Source: Corallococcus sp. NCRR
Lineage (GTDB): Bacteria; Myxococcota; Myxococcia; Myxococcales; Myxococcaceae
Direction: 5' to 3'
Length of the DNA stretch: 64,000 nucleotides
NCBI RefSeq assembly: GCF_026965535.1
Contig: NZ_CP114039.1
Span: 8,099,461-8,163,460 of the forward strand
Translations under genes and position numbers: made by a program
Shown here: piece after piece, positions 19,823 through 38,672 of the stretch
Numbering within the stretch: the stretch's first letter is position 1
How the letters are laid out: each line of letters opens with the position of its first letter
Notes under the pieces: generated by a model
The model's database searches: none
Told to the model about the DNA's origin: nothing
The model's input: the letters and a program-made list of their open reading frames with translations, nothing else

Positions 19823-20584
19823 TCAGGGCGCCGCGGTCGGCGTCTGGTCCGGCGCCGGGGGCGGCAGTTCGCGCTGCGCGAGCGCCCAGTCCCCGCCCAG
19901 GCCATGGCCCTCGCGGAAGCGGCGGAAGTCGCGCCGCACGGCCCGGGGATAGCGGCGGAACTTCTCCAACTCCCCGGCCTTCATGGCGTCCCGGATGCGC
20001 GTGGGGCCCGCGTTGTAGGCCATCAGCGCCAGGTCCAGGTCGCCGCCGAAGCGGCCCTGCAGGTTGCGCAGGTAACGGATGCCCAGGCGCACGCAGACGG
20101 CGGGATCCGCCACCACCTCCTCGCGCGACAGCTTCAGGCCTTCCTTCTCCGCCAGGAAGTGCAGCGTGCTGGGCTTGATCTGCATCAGGCCCCGGGCGCC
20201 CTTCTCGGAGACGGACTCCTCCTCGAAGTCGGACTCCACGTCGATGAGGGCCAGCACCAGCAGCGGGTCATACCCCGTGCGGCGCGACTCCTCGTCGATG
20301 GCCTGCCCCAGCCGGCGGCGCAGCGTGAGCCCCAGGTCCGGGGCGCGCTTGGCCAGCACGGCGTCGATGAGGGCCGCCTCCTCGGAGATGGCCTCCTGCG
20401 CCACCATCTCGGGGACCACGGGCTGGGGGGCGGACTCCTCCAGGAGGGGCACCACCCGCGCGGACACCACGAGCGCCACACCCGCGAGCAGCGGGAGCCG
20501 GGAGCACCCGCTGCTCAGGGCATGCAGCCCCGCGAAGAACCGCGTTCCCAACGACCTGCCGCCCGAGGCGGCGGGTCCACTCAC
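19823..20584 (-). CDS. Lytic transglycosylase (SLT domain)
   Basis: SLT catalytic region ESDFEE..ARGLMQIKPSTL..AYNAGPTRI. Start codon uncertain; the ORF-track start is a GTG. Confidence 0.7.
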   Translation of the reverse strand: MSGPAASGGRSLGTRFFAGLHALSSGCSRLPLLAGVALVVSARVVPLLEESAPQPVVPEMVAQEAISEEAALIDAVLAKRAPDLGLTLRRRLGQAIDEESRRTGYDPLLVLALIDVESDFEEESVSEKGARGLMQIKPSTLHFLAEKEGLKLSREEVVADPAVCVRLGIRYLRNLQGRFGGDLDLALMAYNAGPTRIRDAMKAGELEKFRRYPRAVRRDFRRFREGHGLGGDWALAQRELPPPAPDQTPTAAP

Positions 20585-20921
20585 TTGCGGTGCTCCAGGG
20601 CCTGGATGCGTTCGTTCAGACGCTCCAGGCGGGCACCGAAGGCCTGCAGTTCCTCGCGGCGAGGCAGCTTCAGGAGGGTCAGGGCCGTGCGGACCCGCTC
20701 CTCCACGTTGTGCTCCAGGTCCCTGCGGTGCCCCGTCAGCCGGTCCGCGAACTCACGAGCCTGACGCTTCACCTCGTCCTGGCTCCAGCCCGCGACGGAC
20801 GCCACGCGCTGCACGGCGCGGGAAGCCTCCTCCTCCGCCGTGTTCACCGCCAGGAGCGCCTGGCTCCAGATCCGCTCGAACGCCTCCGCCACGGAGGTCT
20901 TCTCTCGGGGGGCCTCGGTGT
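20581..20921 (-). CDS. Phasin-family (PHA granule-associated) protein
   Basis: Start at MDNNTEAP after GGAG. Helical protein (WSQALLAVNTAEEEASRAVQRV..VKRQAREFADRL) typical of phasin_2/TIGR01837-like proteins. Confidence 0.5.
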
Positions 20922-21035
20922 TGTTGTCCATGAAGTCGCTCCGGGAGTCACCCCGGGTCCTTCCGGTGGAAGGAACCCTGGGCATTCAAAGGGGTTTGCG
21001 ACCTAAGCACACCCCATGGGTGATGAAAACGCTGC

Positions 21036-21498
21036 TCAGGCCCGCGGAGAAGACGCCGCGCCGCCTGAATTCTTGGTCGAAGCGTGGGCACGCCGGGTGG
21101 GCTTCAGGAGCACATCCAGCTTCTTCGAAAGGCGGCCCAGCTCCTGGGTGATCTGCTGCACCTGGGACTGGCTGGCAACTCCCACCGCCTCCACGACCTT
21201 CGTCTGCAGCCCATCCAGCCGCTTGCGAAGCTCCACGCCCGCGGCGTCCACCTTCTTGCCCAGCTCCTGCACGCGAGGATCGGCGCGCAGCTCACCGGCC
21301 TGCACCTTCGTCCACAGGGCCTGGACCTCCTTCGCCGCCACCTGGCTCCGCGTCTCCAGCGCACGGAAGGCCTTGTTCGCCTCCCCTTCCAGGCCCTGGA
21401 ACCGCTTCTGCGCCTCGGAGAACCGCCCCTTCAGGTAGGCCTCCACGTTCTGCGTCATGCCCGTCTTCGCGTCGGTCTTCTCGGTCGTCGTCGCCATG
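21036..21498 (-). CDS. Phasin-family (PHA granule-associated) protein, paralog
   Basis: Start at MATTTEKTD. Same helical architecture (EAYLKGRFSEAQKRFQGLEGEANKAFRAL..). Confidence 0.5.
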
Positions 21499-21599
21499 TC
21501 GCGCTCCCCCCCGGGTGTTCCGGGTCTCATAACGTGATGCGTCAAGATAACGCACCGCGACATGGTGTCAAGCGAACAGGAAACGGAGTGTGCAAAACG

Positions 21600-21665
21600 A
21601 GAAAGCCGCCGCCCCGGTATGACACCAGGACGGCGGCTGACTCACGAAGCGTCAGGGACGCTTCG
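21600..21665 (-). terminator. Putative intrinsic terminator downstream of rpoC
   Basis: Perfect 9 bp stem with 3 nt loop CGAAGCGTC-CCT-GACGCTTCG at 21645..21665 on the transcript. Second GC stem gccgccg..cggcggc. No strong U tract, as is common in high-GC genomes. Confidence 0.35.
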
Positions 21666-21673
21666 CGGAAGCA

Positions 21674-25885
<4,212 letters not shown>

Positions 25886-26024
25886 GTTGCCTCCGAAAAC
25901 TTATGAGCGCCTCAGGCGCCAAACGTTTCGGGCCCCCGCCCTGCGCCCGGCCAGCCGCTCCCTCCACGAGGGAGCAGCCAGCCGGTCAGGCGGGCGCACC
26001 GGCTTCTTTGAAAAGGCCTAGGCC

Positions 26025-30252
<4,228 letters not shown>

Positions 30253-30432
30253 CGGTCTCCGGGGACGGCTGCTCGGGCGGGGCAAACTTCAGTAACGCGC
30301 GGCGGCGCCGGGAAATTTGGCAAATGTCAAATGGGCAAAGCCGGCGCCCCAGCAAAGGGAGCGCCGGCCTGCTCATCCGATCAGGCGGCTACCCGGGATT
30401 TCCCGGAAGAACAGGGTAGCCCCTGTACAGAA

Positions 30433-30804
30433 CTACTTGATCTCGACGGTGGCGCCAGCCGCGACGAGCTGGTCCTTGATCTTCTTGGCGTCGTCCTTGT
30501 TGACGCCTTCCTTGACCGTCTTGGGCGCGCCCTCGACCAGGTCCTTGGCCTCCTTCAGGCCCAGGCCGGTGATGGCGCGGATCTCCTTGATGACGTTGAT
30601 CTTGTTGGCGCCGGCGTTCGCCAGCACCACGTTGAACTCCGTCTTCTCCTCAACCGGAGCGGCGGCGGCGGCGGGGCCCGCGGCGGCAACGGCCACGGCG
30701 GCGGCGGAAACGCCCCACTTGTTCTCCAGCAGCTTCACGAGCTCGCCCGCCTCGAGGACGGTGAGCTTCGAGAGTTCTTCAGCAATCGCGTTCAAATCGG
30801 CCAT
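30433..30804 (-). CDS. rplL: 50S ribosomal protein L7/L12
   Basis: 123 aa. [27 protein letters not shown].. Confidence 0.95.
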   Translation of the reverse strand: MADLNAIAEELSKLTVLEAGELVKLLENKWGVSAAAVAVAAAGPAAAAAPVEEKTEFNVVLANAGANKINVIKEIRAITGLGLKEAKDLVEGAPKTVKEGVNKDDAKKIKDQLVAAGATVEIK

Positions 30805-30893
30805 GGAACTGTTCCTTCTGGTTGACTAACGGCCGGCGACCCATTTGGGCGGCTCGGCCGAAAAGGTTGCGGTAGAAAAACTTCTCGGGACGA

Positions 30894-31415
30894 TTACTGC
30901 CCCTGCGCCTTGTCCGCGTGCGCCTGGATGACGCGCGCGAGCTGCGACCCGGGGGCCGCGATGGTCCGGACCAGCTTGCCTGCAGGCTGGTTGAGCATGC
31001 CGAGCAACATCCCGCGCAGCTCATTGAGGCCCGGCAGCTTCGCCAGTGCCTTCACGCCGTTGGCGTCGACCTTGTTACCGGCGACGACGGCGCTACGGAC
31101 CTTGATGGTCTCCATGTCCTTGATGAAATCCATCAGGATCTTCGCAGGAGCCACCTCGTCGTCGTAGCTGATGCACAGCGCCACGGGACCGGTGAAGTCA
31201 TCAGAAATCGCGGAGACGGTCGTACCCTGAGCGGCACGGCGCGCCAGCGTGTTCTTGATGACCTTGTACTCGACCTTGCCCTCGCGGAACTTGCGACGCA
31301 GCTTGGTGACGGTCTCGACGTTCACCTTGGAGGACTCCACGAGCACCGCGGTCTTGGTCCGCGAAAACTTCTCGTGAAGCTCCTTGATCATCTCTTCCTT
31401 CTCGCTCTTCAGCAC
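30894..31415 (-). CDS. rplJ: 50S ribosomal protein L10
   Basis: 173 aa. Position between rplA and rplL. Confidence 0.95.
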   Translation of the reverse strand: MLKSEKEEMIKELHEKFSRTKTAVLVESSKVNVETVTKLRRKFREGKVEYKVIKNTLARRAAQGTTVSAISDDFTGPVALCISYDDEVAPAKILMDFIKDMETIKVRSAVVAGNKVDANGVKALAKLPGLNELRGMLLGMLNQPAGKLVRTIAAPGSQLARVIQAHADKAQGQ

Positions 31416-31811
31416 CTTGACTCACCTCCTTCATGGCCCGACTTGACGGTCGGGCGTGATGCCTGGGCCAAAGTGGCAGAGCGAGAGAGGAGCCTCCGAG
31501 AGGCACCACACCGCACCTCCAGTCTCGGCAGGGCTGACCTTGCGGTCGTTTGAACCAGGAGCGGATGGACGGCCCGACCGGTTGCCCGGTTCCCAACGGA
31601 CGCGTCTTCCCCAATCCAGGTCCCTGCTGTCATGAACCAGGTCGGAACGCCGCGTCTCTCGACATGGCGCTCCAATTGCAAAAGCCGGGGGCCTATACCC
31701 CCGGCTTTCGCAAAGATCCAGCACTTTCTATCTGAGTGACGTTCTCCGGGCGATAGGACTGACGCTCCCCGTCAGGGAGCGCACCCTTCCCTGCCCGTCC
31801 TGACACCGCGA
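31416..31811 (-). promoter_or_regulatory. rplJ (L10) 5-prime leader region with stable hairpin (attenuator/terminator of rplKA plus L10 leader)
   Basis: 396 bp untranslated gap between rplA and rplJ, as in other bacteria. 11 bp GC-rich stem AAAGCCGGGGG-loop-CCCCCGGCUUU followed by UUUUGCAAUU on the minus-strand transcript (31679..31710). Confidence 0.35.
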
Positions 31812-32526
31812 CTAGCGGTGACGCGCCAGGATTTCCTGGGTGTCGAGCTTGATGCCCGGCCCCATGGTTGTCGAGATGGCGATGCCCTGCAGGTACACGC
31901 CCTTGGCGGTGGCCGGCTTGAGCTTCATCACCAGGTCCACCAGCGCATTGAAGTTCGCCTCGAGCTTGTCCGCGGCGAAGGAGGCCTTGCCCATCTTGGC
32001 GTGGACGATGCCCGCCTTCTCGGCGCGGAAGTCCACCTTACCGCCCTTGGAGTCGCGGATGGCCTTGGCGACGTCCATGGTCACGGTGCCGACCTTCGGG
32101 TTCGGCATGAGGCCACGGGGACCGAGCACCTTACCGAGGCGACCGACGACACCCATCATGTCCGGCGTCGCGATGACGGTGTCGAAGTCGAGGAAACCCT
32201 CCTCGATGCGCTTCTGGAGGTCCTCGGCGCCGACGATGTCCGCGCCGGCGTTGGCGGCCTCGGTGGCGCGCTCACCCTTGGCGAACACGGCCACGCGCAC
32301 GGTGGCACCGGTGCCGTGCGGGAGCACCACGGCGCCACGGACCATCTGGTCCGCGTGCTTTGGGTCCACGCCCAGGTTGATGGCGACGTCGACCGTCTGG
32401 TCGTACTTCGTCGCGCGGGTCTCGACGGTCTTCTTCAGCAGCGCGAAACCCTCGGCGACGGGGTAGCGCTTGTTGCGGTCCACCAGCTCGTTGGACGCGC
32501 GGAACTTCTTTCCGGAGTTAGCCATT
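31812..32526 (-). CDS. rplA: 50S ribosomal protein L1
   Basis: Start at [23 protein letters not shown]. The ORF-track N-terminal extension overlaps rplK. Confidence 0.93.
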
Positions 32527-32553
32527 GCAGGAATCCTTGAGAGAGGGGGCGGG

Positions 32554-33000
32554 CTAGCCGACGACGTCGATGCCCATGGAGCGCGCGGTGCCAGCAATGG
32601 TGTTCATGCAGGCTTCGATGGACGCGGCGGTGGTGTCCTGGATCTTCTTGTTGGCGATCTCCTCGAGCTGCTTACGGGTGATCTGCCCCACCTTCTCCTT
32701 GCCCGGCTTCTTCGCGCCCGAACCCTTCTTCTTCTCCGTGTGGAGACCCGCGGCCTTCTTGATGAGGATGGCGGCGGGAGGGGTCTTCAGGATGAAGGTG
32801 AAGGAGCGGTCCTGATACACGGTGATGATCACCGGGATGATCAGACCCTCCTTGGCCTCCGCCTGCGTCTTGGCGTTGAACTGCTTGCAGAACTCCATGA
32901 TGTTCACGCCCTGCTGACCGAGCGCGGGACCAATCGGCGGGGCGGGGTTCGCCTTGCCGGCGGGGATCTGCAACTTGACCTGACCTGTGACCTTCTTCAT
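32554..33000 (-). CDS. rplK: 50S ribosomal protein L11
   Basis: 148 aa. [43 protein letters not shown]. Confidence 0.95.
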   Translation of the reverse strand: MKKVTGQVKLQIPAGKANPAPPIGPALGQQGVNIMEFCKQFNAKTQAEAKEGLIIPVIITVYQDRSFTFILKTPPAAILIKKAAGLHTEKKKGSGAKKPGKEKVGQITRKQLEEIANKKIQDTTAASIEACMNTIAGTARSMGIDVVG

Positions 33001-33108
33001 CGGCGGACTGCTGCCTTTCGAGAGGGTGGTTCCAACGGGCCGTCAGACGGGACGACCCTCCCACCCATTGATCCGCGCCCGTCACCCGGGCGCGGAAGAC
33101 TGGTGAAA

Positions 33109-33657
33109 CTAGCCGGTGGTCTTCTCCACCTGCATGAAATCGAGCTCCACGGGGGTCGCACGGCCGAAGATGCTGACGAGCACGCGCACGCGGCCCTTCT
33201 CCGGGTTGACCTCTTCCACGGTGCCATTGAAGTTGGCGAACGGGCCGTCGATGACGCGCACCGTGTCGCTGGTCTCGAACTGGACCTTGGGCTTTGCCTT
33301 GTGGGCGCCCTCGGTGACCTGCGCGGTGAGGCGCTCGACCTCGCGGTCCGACATGGGCCGGGGCTGCTCGTTCTGGCCGACGCCCGGGAACCCCGTCACC
33401 TTGGAGGTGTTCTTCACCAGGTGGACGGTGGTGTCGCTGAGTTCCATCTGGACGAAGATGTAGCCCGGAAACAGCTTGCGGCGGGTGGTCTTCTTCTCGC
33501 CGTTCACCATCTCCACGACCTGCTCCATGGGGATGAGGATCTCACCAATCAGATCCTGGTCCTGCAGGCCCTTGAGGCGCACCTGCTCTTCCAGGTTCTT
33601 CTTCGCCTGGTTCTCGTAGTTCGAGTAGGTCTGGACCGTGAACCATTTCTTCGCCAT
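33109..33657 (-). CDS. nusG: Transcription termination/antitermination factor NusG
   Basis: Start at MAKKWFTVQTYSNYE. NGN and KOW domains. TAATG overlap with the secE stop. Confidence 0.93.
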   Translation of the reverse strand: MAKKWFTVQTYSNYENQAKKNLEEQVRLKGLQDQDLIGEILIPMEQVVEMVNGEKKTTRRKLFPGYIFVQMELSDTTVHLVKNTSKVTGFPGVGQNEQPRPMSDREVERLTAQVTEGAHKAKPKVQFETSDTVRVIDGPFANFNGTVEEVNPEKGRVRVLVSIFGRATPVELDFMQVEKTTG

Positions 33658-34100
33658 TACAGCTTCCCCCACAGGGCAGGCAGCCACTCCACCATCAAGT
33701 TGTACGCGACGGTGTCGATGCAGAAGAGCAGAACGGCCGCCACCAGCGAGGCGACGACCACGGCCATGGTCGACGCACGGGTCTCCGACCAGGTAGGCCA
33801 GGTGACCTTCATCAACTCGGACGCCACGTCGATGGAGAGGGCGTGCGTGCGAGGGTGGAAGTAGGCCGCCAGCACCAGGGCCAGGCCCGCCGCGTAGCCC
33901 ACCAGGGTCGACACGCGCCAGCCGAGGCCCTCGAAGAGCTCCGCGTCGCTCCAGCCGAACCGGCTCCACAGCAACCCGAAGACGTGCTCCAGGAAGAGGG
34001 CCAGGACGATGCCGGCGACGAGATAGAAGATGACCACGAGCCGCTTGGGGTCGATGCCCGAGCGGTTAGCCTGCTGGCTGGCCTCAGATGCCGTCGCCAT
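33657..34100 (-). CDS. secE: Preprotein translocase subunit SecE
   Basis: 147 aa, three TM segments. Canonical position between tRNA-Trp and nusG. Confidence 0.85.
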   Translation of the reverse strand: MATASEASQQANRSGIDPKRLVVIFYLVAGIVLALFLEHVFGLLWSRFGWSDAELFEGLGWRVSTLVGYAAGLALVLAAYFHPRTHALSIDVASELMKVTWPTWSETRASTMAVVVASLVAAVLLFCIDTVAYNLMVEWLPALWGKL

Positions 34101-34188
34101 GGTGCCTCACGAGGGACTGCGGAAGCGGGACTGCGAAAAGGCAGGGACCCCCGGCACCGCTCGGTACCGGGGGTCCCTGTACTGAAGC

Positions 34189-34264
34189 TGGCAGGCCAGG
34201 AGGGATTCGAACCCCCAACACGCGGATTTGGAGACCGCTGCTCTACCGTTGGAGCTACTGGCCT
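34189..34264 (-). tRNA. tRNA-Trp (anticodon CCA)
   Basis: 76 nt cloverleaf derived by hand: AGGCCAG..TCTCCAAATC..GGTTCGAATCCC..CTGGCCTGCCA with encoded CCA. Confidence 0.85.
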
Positions 34265-34286
34265 AAACCTTCATGGAACGAACGAC

Positions 34287-34451
34287 CTAGACCTTGCCTT
34301 CCTTGTGGTCCGTGTGCTTGCGGCAGCGAGGGCAGAACTTGCTCAGCTCAAGCTTGTCCTGGCTCTTCCGCTTGTTCTTCGTGGTCGTGTAGTTCCGCTC
34401 TTTGCACGTGGTGCACTCGAGCGAGATGATGGAACGGTTACCCTTAGGCAT
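34287..34451 (-). CDS. rpmG: 50S ribosomal protein L33
   Basis: 54 aa. [54 protein letters not shown]. Absent from the ORF track (too short). Confidence 0.85.
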   Translation of the reverse strand: MPKGNRSIISLECTTCKERNYTTTKNKRKSQDKLELSKFCPRCRKHTDHKEGKV

Positions 34452-34545
34452 GGTTCATTTCACCAGATGCGAGAAGGGAAGGCTACAAAAGCAGCCCTCC
34501 CCTCCGCAACTCAGTGCCCGTGAAAGCCGGTCGGCGGGAAGCCGA

Positions 34546-35736
<1,191 letters not shown>

Positions 35737-35752
35737 GACACTCCTCGAAAAA

Positions 35753-35828
35753 TGGAGCCCTGAACCAGGATTGAACTGGTGACCTCATCCTTACCAAGGA
35801 TGCGCTCTGCCAACTGAGCTATCAGGGC
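35753..35828 (-). tRNA. tRNA-Thr (anticodon GGT)
   Basis: 76 nt GCCCTGATAGCTCAGTTGGCAGAGCGCATCCTTGGTAAGGATG..GGCTCCA. Confidence 0.85.
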
Positions 35829-35849
35829 TTGGCGATTCACTACAACGGT

Positions 35850-35925
<76 letters not shown>

Positions 35926-35934
35926 ATTGCCGAG

Positions 35935-36018
35935 TGGAGAGAGGTGGATTCGAACCACCGTAGGCGTAGAGCCGGCAGATTTACAGTCTGCTCCCTTTGG
36001 CCGCTCGGGCATCTCTCC
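35935..36018 (-). tRNA. tRNA-Tyr (anticodon GTA)
   Basis: 84 nt with long variable arm GGAGAGATGCCCGAGCGGCCAAAGGGAGCAGACTGTAAATCTGC.. Confidence 0.8.
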
Positions 36019-36100
36019 AGATATTCGTTTGTCGTGCTGCGCGCTGCTCTCTACACCATCCTGCTGCGTCCCGGGCCCTTATCCGCGGCCCGTCCTACCT

Positions 36101-36173
36101 GGCCGGCGGCGGGATTTGAACCCGCGACCTACTGATTACAAATCAGTTGCTCTACCGACTGAGCTACACCGGC
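36101..36173 (-). tRNA. tRNA-Thr (anticodon TGT)
   Basis: 73 nt GCCGGTGTAGCTCAGTCGGTAGAGCAACTGATTTGTAATCAGT..CCGCCGGCC. Confidence 0.8.
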
Positions 36174-36252
36174 ATCCATCCAGCAACTGCCCCGCCCTAC
36201 CTCATCCCGGGCGGACCGTCAATCCCTCGGCAGCGACCTGAGAGGCGCGACC

Positions 36253-36280
36253 TTTTAAAAGCCCCCACTCTCCAAGTCAA
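36253..36280 (-). promoter_or_regulatory. Putative sigma-70-type promoter of the tRNA-tuf operon
   Basis: On the minus strand: TTGACT - 15 nt - TTTTAAAA. This is an AT-rich -10-like element, conspicuous in 70% GC DNA, about 80 nt upstream of tRNA-Thr. Confidence 0.35.
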
Positions 36281-36299
36281 GGAGATTGATCCGGCGTCA

Positions 36300-37103
36300 T
36301 CAGCGGGAAGGACGGCCCCGCTGACGGGCGACCTCGTATAGCAGAATGGCGGCGGAAACCGACGCATTCAATGAACCGACCTGACCGCCCATGGGAATCC
36401 GGAGGCGGAAGTCGCAGTGCTTGAGGACGCCTTCCCTCACGCCCGCCCCCTCGGCCCCCACCACCAACGCCAGGGGCCCGTCCAGACGGGCGCTCCACAG
36501 AGGCTCGGCGCCCTCCACGTCCGCGGCCGCGACCCAGAGGCCCGCTTCCTTCAGCTGCTCCAGGGCGCGGGAGATGTTGGTGACGCGCGCGATGGGGCAG
36601 TACTCGACGGCGCCCGCGGAGGCCTTGGCCACCGTGCCCGTCACCTGCACGGCGCGGTCCTTGGCCAGGACGACGCCGTGGGCCCCGAGCGCGTGCGCCG
36701 AGCGGATGATGGCGCCCAGGTTGTGCGGATCCTGGATGCCGTCGAGGACGACGACGAGCGCGGGCTGCTTCTTCGCCTTCGCCGCGTCCAGCACGTCCTC
36801 CAGTTCGACGTACTGGAAGCCGCGCAGTTCGGCGACGACGCCCTGGTGCACGCCGCCCTCGGCCATGGAGGTCAGCCGCTCGCGGCCGACCTTCTCCACC
36901 CGGACGCCCGCGTCACGCGCTCGACTGAGCAGCTCGCCCGCGGCCTTGGCGCCGACCTGCCCGTCGACGATGAAGAGGCGCTCCACCGCGTCCGGGTGGG
37001 CGCGCAGGGCCTCCAGCACGGGGTTGACGCCATGGACGTAGCGCGGGGCTTCGTGGCCGCCGCGGTCACCACTGGAAGGCTTGTTGGGGGAGCGCTCGCG
37101 CAT
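36300..37103 (-). CDS. rlmB: 23S rRNA (guanosine-2-prime-O)-methyltransferase, SpoU/TrmH family
   Basis: 267 aa. SpoU motifs LVVVLDGIQDPHNLGAIIRSA..PMGGQVGSLNASVSAAILLYE. Confidence 0.8.
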   Translation of the reverse strand: MRERSPNKPSSGDRGGHEAPRYVHGVNPVLEALRAHPDAVERLFIVDGQVGAKAAGELLSRARDAGVRVEKVGRERLTSMAEGGVHQGVVAELRGFQYVELEDVLDAAKAKKQPALVVVLDGIQDPHNLGAIIRSAHALGAHGVVLAKDRAVQVTGTVAKASAGAVEYCPIARVTNISRALEQLKEAGLWVAAADVEGAEPLWSARLDGPLALVVGAEGAGVREGVLKHCDFRLRIPMGGQVGSLNASVSAAILLYEVARQRGRPSR

Positions 37104-37108
37104 GGGGG

Positions 37109-37555
37109 CTACTGGACCTCCACGGGCAGCGAGAAGGTCTTCTTCTGGCGGGCGCAGATCTTCTCCGTGCAGATGAAGAAGGTCAGCGTCGCGTCCAGCG
37201 TGCCCTTGCCAGCGGACGCCGCGGTGAAGGGGACCTCGAAGCGCGGATCCACGAACTGCTGGCCGTCCGCCTTCTTCGCCACCGACTGTTCACGTGTCAG
37301 CGTCTTCTGGGCGGGCGTCAGCTGCTTGCCCGCCAGCTCCAGCTTCAGCGGGGCCTCATCGGAGACGTGGGCGCCGGGTTTCGACTTGATGGCGAGCACG
37401 AACGTGCCCTGCCCTCCGGCCTTCACCTGCGTCGACGTCCCCTCGGTGGTGACTTCGTAGAGGGTGGCGGGGTCCACGTCCTGGGCCAGCACCGGCGCAC
37501 CGACGAGCGTCAGCAGCAGGGGGGCCAGGGTCGGGAGGCGGCGGGTACCGGGCAT
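37109..37555 (-). CDS. Secreted hypothetical protein
   Basis: 148 aa. Signal peptide LPTLAPLLLTLVGAPVLAQ. Confidence 0.45.
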   Translation of the reverse strand: MPGTRRLPTLAPLLLTLVGAPVLAQDVDPATLYEVTTEGTSTQVKAGGQGTFVLAIKSKPGAHVSDEAPLKLELAGKQLTPAQKTLTREQSVAKKADGQQFVDPRFEVPFTAASAGKGTLDATLTFFICTEKICARQKKTFSLPVEVQ

Positions 37556-37620
37556 GGGTGTCTCCAGGAAGGCGGCGTTCGTATACCGGGGCTTCGGACG
37601 CGCGGGGAGCGCTTTCTCTT

Positions 37621-38595
37621 CTAACTCCGCGGCGCGCTCACCTTCACGGCCCCCTTGCGCCCCGGCGGCGGCGGCAGGGCCTGGGGCGTCTCCAGGGCGG
37701 CGGTCCAGACGGGGGCGGCGCCAGCGACGAGGGCCTCCGCCCGCTGGATGATGGGCGTGGCCAGGTCCAGGCCCGTCGCGGCCTCCATCTCCAGGAGCGC
37801 GGGCGAGCTGTTCACCTCAAAGACCTTGGGGTGCCCCTGAACGTCCAGGATGTCCACCGCGGCCACCTCCAGGCCCACGAGCCGCGCGACCTTCTCCGCC
37901 GTGGCGCGATGGCCGGGAGACAGCGGCAGGGCCTCCAGACGGGCGCCCCGGTTCAGCGTGTGCGAGAGGCGCCCGGGGCGCGGCTTGCGCAGCACGCAGG
38001 CGATGGCCTCACCGCCCACCACGAGCACGCGCACGTCCTGGCCGGTGCTCCGCACGTACTCCTGCATGACCAGATTGTGCCCCAGGCCGAGCACCGCCTC
38101 GAGCGCGGCCTCCAGGGACTGGAGGCTCTCGCAGACCATCACGCCGTGCTTCTCCTGGCCCTGGAGGAGCTTCACCAGCACGGGCACCCCGCCCACCAGG
38201 CCGACCATCTCCTTGAGGTGGGCCGCGTCCCGGGCCATCACCGTGGCGGGGATGTCGATGCCGTGGGCGGACAGGAGTTGGAGGGCGCGCATCTTGTTGC
38301 GCGACTGCGCGATGGCCTGGGCATGGTTCACCAGGGGCACGCGCGCCAGACCGAACTGGTTCACCACCGCGAGCCCGTAGGTGCTGATGGACAGGGCGAT
38401 GCGCGGGATGACGACGTCGGTGGGGGTGAGCTTCTTGCGGTCGTAGAAGAGGGTCGCCTGGCTGCCCCCGTCCAGATGCATCTGCACCCGGAGCGGGTTG
38501 AGCACGCGGACCCGGTGTCCCCTCGCGCGGCCTGCTTCGACGATCCGCCGCGTGGACGAGATGGAAGCGGAGCGCGAGAGGACAGTGATTTTCAT
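37621..38595 (-). CDS. RimK-family ATP-grasp ligase (alpha-L-glutamate ligase-like)
   Basis: 324 aa. ATP-grasp layout with the VVKLLQGQEKHGVMV and QEYV..GQDVRVLVVGGE motifs of RimK/GshB-type enzymes. Confidence 0.75.
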   Translation of the reverse strand: MKITVLSRSASISSTRRIVEAGRARGHRVRVLNPLRVQMHLDGGSQATLFYDRKKLTPTDVVIPRIALSISTYGLAVVNQFGLARVPLVNHAQAIAQSRNKMRALQLLSAHGIDIPATVMARDAAHLKEMVGLVGGVPVLVKLLQGQEKHGVMVCESLQSLEAALEAVLGLGHNLVMQEYVRSTGQDVRVLVVGGEAIACVLRKPRPGRLSHTLNRGARLEALPLSPGHRATAEKVARLVGLEVAAVDILDVQGHPKVFEVNSSPALLEMEAATGLDLATPIIQRAEALVAGAAPVWTAALETPQALPPPPGRKGAVKVSAPRS

Positions 38596-38672
38596 GGCGG
38601 AGGCGACCGGCCCGGCGGGGACCCTATAATCCCCGCCTCCGCCCGCGTAAAGCCGCCTCCGCCTGCCTGCCG

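Noticed and set aside
25886-26024. rpoB-rpoC intergenic palindromes (aaggcctaggcctt, ctccc..gggag)
   Set aside because: Stems are short and their loops too small. A weak attenuator is possible but not supportable from the sequence alone.
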